64,000 nucleotides of DNA from Blepharisma stoltei ATCC 30299 (lineage: Eukaryota; Protista; Ciliophora): NCBI GenBank assembly GCA_965603825.1, contig CBFDEM010000036.1, positions 682,001 to 746,000 of the forward strand, written 5' to 3'. The notes beneath the pieces are model-generated. The model was not told where the DNA came from. It ran no database searches and saw only the letters and a list, made by a program, of their open reading frames with translations. Of the stretch, positions 56,985 to 64,000 are shown piece by piece (the first letter of the stretch is position 1; each line of letters begins with the position of its first letter). A program made the translations under genes and the position numbers.

Positions 56985-57998
56985 TTAATTAAGAATTCTT
57001 AGTTCTGTTTTAAACTATTCAATAGCTTTATTAAAGCATTCAGATATGCCTATATTCTCGAAATCATTAATTTTATATGCCTTGTGGGCTACAATATTTC
57101 ATTTATTACAGGCAATTCTATCTTTAAAGCTTCTTCTCATAATTTTATGAAAGTTATGTTACCATAAGAAACAATTGTTTTTTCTCATAGAATTGATACT
57201 CAGACTCTTTTGGATTACTTATTTATTCATAACTAATACTTGTATAGATAAAAATACTTGCAAAAGAGTAGAATATGTTGGATTCAACATTTCTTCTGGA
57301 TTGCCTCCCTAAGTATTTATAATAGAAAGACAGATATACCCTGTATCTTACAAATTTGGGCTAAATCTAAACAACCCTTCCTCTGCAGTTCTAATGCTCA
57401 CTTCAGGAAGATTATTAGGAAGTTTTAAATCAAACAAAATCAGTCCATGCTAATAAAGAATGCCTTCAGTTCCCTATAAGCACTTTAATTGTGCTTAAGT
57501 TATTTGAGTTTATTGCTACAAAAATAGAGCTGTTAAGTTCACAGGTTAAACTTCTAGCCTAGGCTTTGATTTATTTGCTAATTCTGATCAATATCAAGCC
57601 ATTATATGAGAATTTATTGGAAAGTTTCCATCAGTTTTTTCAAGACGCTATAACCTAAGCTGCTAAACTCTTCAAAATAAAGATGGGTGCCTCAGAGGCT
57701 TCTGGATCTGATAAGAAGGCTCTTTGAACAAAATGGGCACTGCCCTTTAGGAAACTTGCTGATGCGGGAAATTTTCATTTATTTCTTGCTCTATAAAAGT
57801 TCTTGTAGAAAGAAAATTGGTTTATGGAAGGGTCTGAAATTTGCTTAATAAGTTGGGAGGGATTTCTTTTAAGGAAGGAGTTATTGATATTGGAAAAACT
57901 CAATGAAATAACGAATGGAATATTTATGGAAGATCTATTTCTCTCAAATTCTAACAGCATCGCATTAGATTAGTTGAGCATATCCATTTTTATCTCAT
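56985..57998 (-). pseudogene. decayed ubiquitin-conjugating enzyme of the BIRC6/UBE2O type
   Basis: Minus strand reads SSIFVAINSNN, GTEGILY*HGLILFD, FRFSPNL*DTGYICLSIINT*GGNPEEMLNPTYSTLLQVFLSIQ, with several TAA/TAG and frameshifts; boundaries approximate. Confidence 0.75.
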
Positions 57999-58169
57999 TC
58001 ATATATATGCAGAAGTTTAAAGGGCATATTTAAATAAAATTAAAGGATTTTTTATAAATATCATTATAAATGAAAAGTCAGCATATATTTTAAGCTAAGC
58101 AAATTGATTTTAATTAATTACTAATTTTCAAATTTTTAATATTTCCATCACCCCTGGAATTCTTTAATT

Positions 58170-58672
58170 AATTATTTAAATGCTAATTGAAATATTATTT
58201 TCTTTTACTTGGCAATTTCTATATAGCTGCTTCAAAATAAAATGTGTTTGATAGGAGAATGCTGATCTAAAATCAAATAGGGGGATCCTAATAAAAATGA
58301 GTGACACAGAAATCCAATTAATAAATGCAATCGAAGTGCTTTCGAAAATTCCCGAAAAGTACGCACGCAATCAAGATTATAAAACTCAGAAAGCTAATGC
58401 AAAACGCCTGCGAATTAATAGACTCTCTAATAAGAAGTATCCCAAAGAATCTTGAAAAATTAGCTTTCTTCGAGATTTATATTGATTAAATATACTTGAA
58501 GGCAACGAAGTCTCTCACGAACGAAAAGAATTAGCATTGTTTTATATTCAGAAAATTCAGGGATTTGAAATCGATTGCTCTGCTCTTGATTTTCAATCTC
58601 TTTCATATTTCTTGGACAGCTTGAGGGATATCGCATGCTTGAAGTTAAAACAGGATTATTGCAAATCTAAAT
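58170..58672 (+). pseudogene. array copy E: inverted upstream region plus the first ~125 codons of the array gene
   Basis: Homologous to about 40420-40925 in reverse orientation; ATG 58297 MSDTEIQLINAIEVLSKIPEKY; homology stops after YCKSK. Confidence 0.85.
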
Positions 58673-58837
58673 CTGCAGCTATGATACATTTTATGATTCA
58701 GTCTACTATGCTTTTATATTATTTCGTAATAGCAAATTCTAAAGAATGTTTTCTTAATTTCTCAAAATCCAATAATTCCACTCAATCTAAATTTTCTCAA
58801 ATTAATTTAAAATACCTTTACAAAACGTATAGCAAAA

Positions 58838-60085
58838 ATGCAACTTTCAAGCTTGCTAATAGTAATATGCCTTAGCCAAGCATATTCTCTTTCTACTGTC
58901 CAACGATTCCTTGATCCAAGCCAATCACCAGCTTCCACAACACTTTTTTCTCAACTTTCAGAAGAAGATTCTGAAGATATTTATGATGAAAATGAAAATA
59001 ATGAAGAGTATGATGAAGATGAAAGCTACTCTGATTATGATGAAGAAACAGAAGACTGAGAAGATACTTCTGACTCAGTTGGATCAGATGGAATTTATGA
59101 CGTTTATTATTCAGATAGCGATACCCTAGATGATTACTCAAGCGAAAATCCAGACCAAGATCTGACTTATTATAATAGCTATAGTGAAGAAACTGATGAA
59201 TATAGCGATAATGATGAAGAAGACAGTGATGAAATTACTGACTATGATGACGGTGAAGATTATGATGAATATGAAGAAGGAAGTTATGAGGAAAACGAAG
59301 ATACTGATGAAATTCCAGAGGATTATGCTTCTGATAGCGATAGTAGTGAAGAAGCTGAAAACATAGAAAGCTCCGAAAGTAATGAAGAGTCTAGCACTGA
59401 TGAAAGTGACGCTCAAGAAGCATCAGGCGAAGAAAGTGAAGAAGCTGGAAACATAGAAAGCAGCGAAAGTGATGAAGAAGAGTCTAGCACTGATGAAAGT
59501 GAAACTCAAGAAGCATCAGGAGAAGAAAGTGAAGAAGATGAAGTTATAGAAAGCAGCGAAAGTAATGAAGAAGAGTCTAGCACTGATGAAAGTGACACTC
59601 AAGAAACAGCAGATGAAGAAAGCCAAGCTGAGAGCGACAGCTCTATTACGTCCACAGATACTTCAGAAGAGAGCACAAGCGAATCTTCAGAAATCACATT
59701 CCTTCAGTTATCTCAAGACAGCACTTCAGAAGATGAAGAGGAAGAGGAGGAGGATGAATCTTATTACGAAGTGAAAAACGGAGAAGAAGTTGTCGATGAT
59801 GCAGATCAAGTCGATGATTACTATGACTATGATGAATACGAAACCTCAAGATCTACAAACTCGCCTAAAGATGAAGATGGAGACGAAATAGATTACGAAG
59901 ACTGAAAAGAGAACACAATAAACTATATTCAAGACGTTGATGAATATGTAAATGATATTGATTCTGATGACTGTAGCAGCTGCTATAATGAAACATCAAC
60001 GGAAACGCAATCAGAGACTGAGACCTCTGAAGAAACTGAAAATTCATCATCAAGTTCTACTGAGTTGTCATCTTGGGAAGTTTAA
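58838..60085 (+). CDS. secreted hyper-acidic D/E/S/Y-rich protein, 415 aa
   Basis: Signal peptide MQLSSLLIVICLSQAYS; single frame with TGA=Trp to TAA 60083-60085. Confidence 0.8.
59344..59605 (+). repeat. three in-frame tandem repeats of about 90-93 bp
   Basis: SEE...IESSES.EEESSTDES..QE repeated; core gagtctagcactgatgaaagtga occurs three times. Confidence 0.85.
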
Positions 60086-60163
60086 ATTTTAGAGTAATTA
60101 GTTAAGATAACATTTTTCTGATAAATAAGATGCGATAAATATGATGATTTATAAAAATTTATT

Positions 60164-62440
60164 ATGGAAACTAAACAGCAATCGGTAGGTGAGGAAGAGT
60201 CCAAAGTTGTCCAGAAATGGCAGGCTGAGCAGGAAGCTACTCGTGAACCTATAGAGATGTCAGAGTCTCAAGCTAGCTCAGCCGAGAAAAGTCCGTTAGG
60301 AATTTCAGAACCCGCGGTCAAAGTCTTCAAGCAATTGGTCGGTGAAGCTTTATCCCAAAACCAAAAAGACTTGCATACAAACCTAATGTTTATGGATTAT
60401 GTGAAAAATGTGCTCAAAAAACATGATGAAGGAGCATCAGGAATTCCAACTTACATTTTAAGCTCAGAGATCCGTAAATATGAAGATTCTCAGAGTCCTA
60501 AGTCAGCTCCCCAGCCATCTCAACCAGAAAACATTGTTATGTCCGCAAAGTCCACAGAATTGTTCAAAACTATGATTGAACAAAAACTCAAAGAGCCGTT
60601 TGTTGCTAGCCAAAATATAGCAGAAGATGAAAGGTTTATTGATAATGTAAAATCATCATTGAAAAAAATTGACCCTCAATTAGAAGAGCTTCCAAAGGCA
60701 TATGTCAAGAAATTTGTTGAAGATTATTCTAAAGAGAAAAAGGAGGAAAATGCTCCAGAGCCAGTTCCCCGCAACTCATCACCAACGAGAGGATTACATT
60801 TGAATTCTCAATCAGAAGAAATTTTCAAAGGAGTTTTAAAGGATTATTTGAAAAATAATCCAGGAGAACAATCATTATCAACAAATCCATCTTTAATTGC
60901 TTTAATCAAAAAGAAGCTTGAAGGAGTTGACAATACAATCGCATATGCGCCAAACACATTAGTAGCAAAGCGTATTGAGGCCTTCTTAACCGAAGAAAAA
61001 AAAGAAGTTGAAAGTTCTTTCCCTAAAAAAGTCAACGAAAGCAGTGAATTTTTGCCAGAAAAATTAATGTTGAATCCTCAAGCAACGGAAGTATTCAATA
61101 AAATGATAGAGGAAAAAATAAGACAGCAGCCTGATAAAATATCTTCAATTTCTTCAGACACAGAGTTCATCGCTTCATCTGCTAATAAAATAAAGGCTCA
61201 AGATGGATCAGTAGTTTTAGCGCCAAAAATTTTAATATCAAAATATATTGAAGATTATATAAAAAATCGCCCACAAGGCAAAAAATTTGATACTCAAGGC
61301 TTTATTCAGAAATTTGGAGAAAAAAAACCAGCAGAAATCGATAAACCTCCTTCAGAATCAGAAATTAAATATTACTTGAATAATCGGCAGCTTTCTGAAG
61401 CCCAAATCACTGAAGAGCTACTTAAAAAAATGCTTCAAACTATTGCAGACAAGCCAGAAAGTGCCAAAAGCAATATCATCAATAATCAATTAGCTGTAGT
61501 TACCAAAGCTCTCAATGAAGCCCAGCCAGACAAAAAAGAAAAAGCTAATAAAATCATGTTTCTCCTAAACTACGAAGTACAAAAACTGATCAAGCCTAAA
61601 GAACCAATAGAGAGTCCTAGCTTTGAAACCCCAGGAAGAAGGGATGAAAGTGAATCCCCAACACCAAGACAAGCAATAAGAGAATTACAGCCAACCCCTC
61701 AAATTGTATCACCAATAAATGACAGATCTTCCCTCTCTTCAATAGATCAAGAAATTATTTCTCAACTTGAAGACAAGCCGAAGCTTCTTCAACTTCAAAA
61801 ACAGCTCAATGAAAAAGAAACCACTATAAATTCTTTAAATCAAGAGCTAAAAATAGCACGTGATAATATAAATGACTACAAGAATAATATAAGTGTCCTT
61901 GAACTCAATATAGAAGAGCTTAACCTGCAGCTAAAAGCCTCAAAAAATCAAGCAACCTCAAATATCATTGAAGAAAATACCAGATTGAGCAAAATCATTA
62001 AAGATTTAGAGCAATATGGTTCTTACAACTTAAAGCAAGAAATCGAAAACAAAGAATCAGAAATAAGATGCTTATTGGAGGAACAAGAATATTTAAGAAA
62101 GAAAATAGATGAAAAAAGCAGGGAAAACGATAAAGCGTTTTGGCAGTATCAAGATAATATAAAGCAAATACAAGAATTTTATACGAAAAATAATTGGAGT
62201 TGGCAAGAAGAAATTGAAGAAATTAAGGAGAGAGAAGAAGAATTGCTGAAGAAAGAAATCGACTTAAAAGAACTTGCTTACAAGCAGAAATTAGAAAAAG
62301 ATGAGCTTGAAAGAAGTGTGCAGATGCTGAATGGACTAAAATCTGGAGGAAAGCAAAGGTCATCAATTGAAATGATTTGGCTAGGGATCTTGTGTTTTGC
62401 TGCTGGAATTTTCATTAATTATTACTTTCCTCAGGCTTAA
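60164..62440 (+). CDS. tail-anchored protein with four ~65-aa helical repeats and a long coiled coil
   Basis: 758-aa ORF; C-terminal TM IWLGILCFAAGIFINYYF. Confidence 0.8.
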   Translation: METKQQSVGEEESKVVQKWQAEQEATREPIEMSESQASSAEKSPLGISEPAVKVFKQLVGEALSQNQKDLHTNLMFMDYVKNVLKKHDEGASGIPTYILSSEIRKYEDSQSPKSAPQPSQPENIVMSAKSTELFKTMIEQKLKEPFVASQNIAEDERFIDNVKSSLKKIDPQLEELPKAYVKKFVEDYSKEKKEENAPEPVPRNSSPTRGLHLNSQSEEIFKGVLKDYLKNNPGEQSLSTNPSLIALIKKKLEGVDNTIAYAPNTLVAKRIEAFLTEEKKEVESSFPKKVNESSEFLPEKLMLNPQATEVFNKMIEEKIRQQPDKISSISSDTEFIASSANKIKAQDGSVVLAPKILISKYIEDYIKNRPQGKKFDTQGFIQKFGEKKPAEIDKPPSESEIKYYLNNRQLSEAQITEELLKKMLQTIADKPESAKSNIINNQLAVVTKALNEAQPDKKEKANKIMFLLNYEVQKLIKPKEPIESPSFETPGRRDESESPTPRQAIRELQPTPQIVSPINDRSSLSSIDQEIISQLEDKPKLLQLQKQLNEKETTINSLNQELKIARDNINDYKNNISVLELNIEELNLQLKASKNQATSNIIEENTRLSKIIKDLEQYGSYNLKQEIENKESEIRCLLEEQEYLRKKIDEKSRENDKAFWQYQDNIKQIQEFYTKNNWSWQEEIEEIKEREEELLKKEIDLKELAYKQKLEKDELERSVQMLNGLKSGGKQRSSIEMIWLGILCFAAGIFINYYFPQA

Positions 62441-62461
62441 TTTAATCTAACTTAAATCAAA

Positions 62462-63523
62462 TTAAATTACATATTTATATTTCTTTAACATTTTTGCCTC
62501 ATACTTATCAAGTTCCAATAAATTTCGATCAATATTTCTTTTTTCTTGCTCTAATGATAATTTTATGTCATAAAGCATTTTATTTTTTATTTCTTTATTT
62601 TCCCTTTTTAGTTGAGATAATAGGACTCTTTCTTCATAATCAACTCTTTGCTTCTTGTTTTTTTCAGAGTCAATTTTGTCTTTAATTAAATCAATTCGAT
62701 CTTTGTAGAAATTTTTGATATTTTCAATAATTAAATCCTTTTCTTGCTTATGCGTCACCTTTATTTCTTTTCTTTTCTTTTGCCGCTCGATTTTTTGAGT
62801 TTTTTCCGCTCTTAAGGTAGCTTCTTTTATTTTATGCCGAATTTTCTGTTTAAACTGATAATTAGCTACCTCTTTAGCATTTTGTATCCTCTCTATTTCT
62901 TCAACCTGATTTTTTTTGGAAATAAATTCAATTTTATTCTCTCTTTTATTATTAATTTTTTTTGCTTTTTCAAGTTTATGGGATTCATATGGTGTATAAG
63001 GTCTATGCTGAATTTCTTTTTCTAGAGCATCTTGGAACTCGCATTTTTTATTTTGAAAATAATTTTGGATTTCAGCCTTATCCCTCTCAGTAAAATCTGT
63101 ACTTGCACTGCAAGAAAAAGGCAGTTTAGATGATACTAATGAATAAATCGATCTAATTGCATCATTTGAAGTGATTTGCGTTATATAAGCGATTTCATTA
63201 GTGTTGCTCGCAGATTGAAATGATGGGGACTTTGAAAAACCTTGAGAGCTTGATAATCTTGAAGATGGTGAGCAAATATCAAGCGATTTTCTGTGTTTAC
63301 TTGCCTTTGTTTTTGATCTATGAGAAGAATCTGATACTATGATAACTTCTTGATCTTTATCTTCTTCAGACTCGGTTTTGCCTTCAACTTGATCCAAAAT
63401 TTCAGCTATCTCGAACATATAGGAATCTCCTTCAGCTGATGAGCCACCAGAAGCTTCATTTATTTCTAGCTCATTAGAAGAAGGAAATACTGGTAAATTC
63501 ATGAGCGGCTTTCCCTGATCCAT
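62462..63523 (-). CDS. hypothetical coiled-coil protein
   Basis: 353-aa ORF. Confidence 0.7.
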   Translation of the reverse strand: MDQGKPLMNLPVFPSSNELEINEASGGSSAEGDSYMFEIAEILDQVEGKTESEEDKDQEVIIVSDSSHRSKTKASKHRKSLDICSPSSRLSSSQGFSKSPSFQSASNTNEIAYITQITSNDAIRSIYSLVSSKLPFSCSASTDFTERDKAEIQNYFQNKKCEFQDALEKEIQHRPYTPYESHKLEKAKKINNKRENKIEFISKKNQVEEIERIQNAKEVANYQFKQKIRHKIKEATLRAEKTQKIERQKKRKEIKVTHKQEKDLIIENIKNFYKDRIDLIKDKIDSEKNKKQRVDYEERVLLSQLKRENKEIKNKMLYDIKLSLEQEKRNIDRNLLELDKYEAKMLKKYKYVI

Positions 63524-63599
63524 TTTAAAAGTATAATATAGCTAAAATCTTAAAATCTTTATTATTAGTAATTGAGCTTAGACAAAAATTTATATAAAA

Positions 63600-64000
63600 T
63601 TAAAATACTAAGCAGTTGCTGCAAGGATTATTTTCTAAAGGCTCTTGCTTTGCCTTTTTAGCTAATTCATTTTGTTTCATTGCTTCTTTTATATCTGAAA
63701 TTTCTTTCTGCTTAGATTCTAATTCTTTGCTATTTTTACATATTTCTTCAGTCAGCTTTTGTATTTCACTCTCACATTTTTTATTTTCTTCTATTTTGGC
63801 TTGCTCAGAATTTTTCAGCTCTAATATTTTTGCCTTGAGCTCTTTTTTCTTTGCTTTTCTTTTTTGAAGTAACTCCTGAGCTTTTTTCCCTCTTGAGTTT
63901 AATTCTTGTATCGTTGCAGTCAGTTCATTTACAATATGATTTTGTTCTTTTAAAGAGTCTTCTAGCTTAGTTCCGCTATCATTTAGCAATGCTAAGTTTT
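63600..64000 (-). CDS. coiled-coil protein with CaaX end (CSNCLVF), 5' end outside the window
   Basis: Open frame to the window edge. Confidence 0.7.
   Translation of the reverse strand, partial: NLALLNDSGTKLEDSLKEQNHIVNELTATIQELNSRGKKAQELLQKRKAKKKELKAKILELKNSEQAKIEENKKCESEIQKLTEEICKNSKELESKQKEISDIKEAMKQNELAKKAKQEPLENNPCSNCLVF

Noticed and set aside
58893-60053. Several short Met/Lys-rich or antisense ORFs
   Set aside because: Off-frame readings of the single acidic-protein gene.
1-64000. Prokaryotic or phage origin, operons, CRISPR array
   Set aside because: Eukaryote-specific genes and spliceosomal introns; no regularly spaced repeat-spacer pattern seen.

Overview
AT-rich, gene-dense eukaryotic DNA that is almost certainly from a heterotrich ciliate of the Blepharisma type, and probably macronuclear. 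TGA is read as Trp, TAA/TAG are the only stops, and the introns are 15-16 nt GT...AG spliceosomal introns (14 inferred). The supplied standard-code ORF track therefore fragments many genes. Re-read with UGA=Trp and tiny introns, the window holds about 40 genes. These include a SIN1/Avo1-like TORC2 subunit, two degenerate DEAD-box paralogues, RSP3 with an unusual C-terminal domain, citrate synthase, a 7TM-RGS protein, a MORN protein, an NCBP3-like protein, a RING-PHR protein, a MAP3K-like pseudokinase, Sec1/Munc18, PP2C, a histone H1-like protein, CorA, LC8 dynein light chain, a SYP7-like SNARE, an aspartic protease, an ankyrin-AGC kinase, UVRAG-like, gamma-glutamyl hydrolase, an alpha/beta hydrolase, a C2H2 protein and a dual-specificity phosphatase. 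The most striking region is a birth-and-death tandem array at 37.6-48.6 kb of ~1065-aa proteins built from three related zincin-like modules, of which only the last keeps HExxH. It has two intact copies, two broken copies, and an inverted 5' fragment at 58.3 kb that suggests a ~10 kb inversion through the last copy. All family assignments come from motif recognition by eye; no searches were run.
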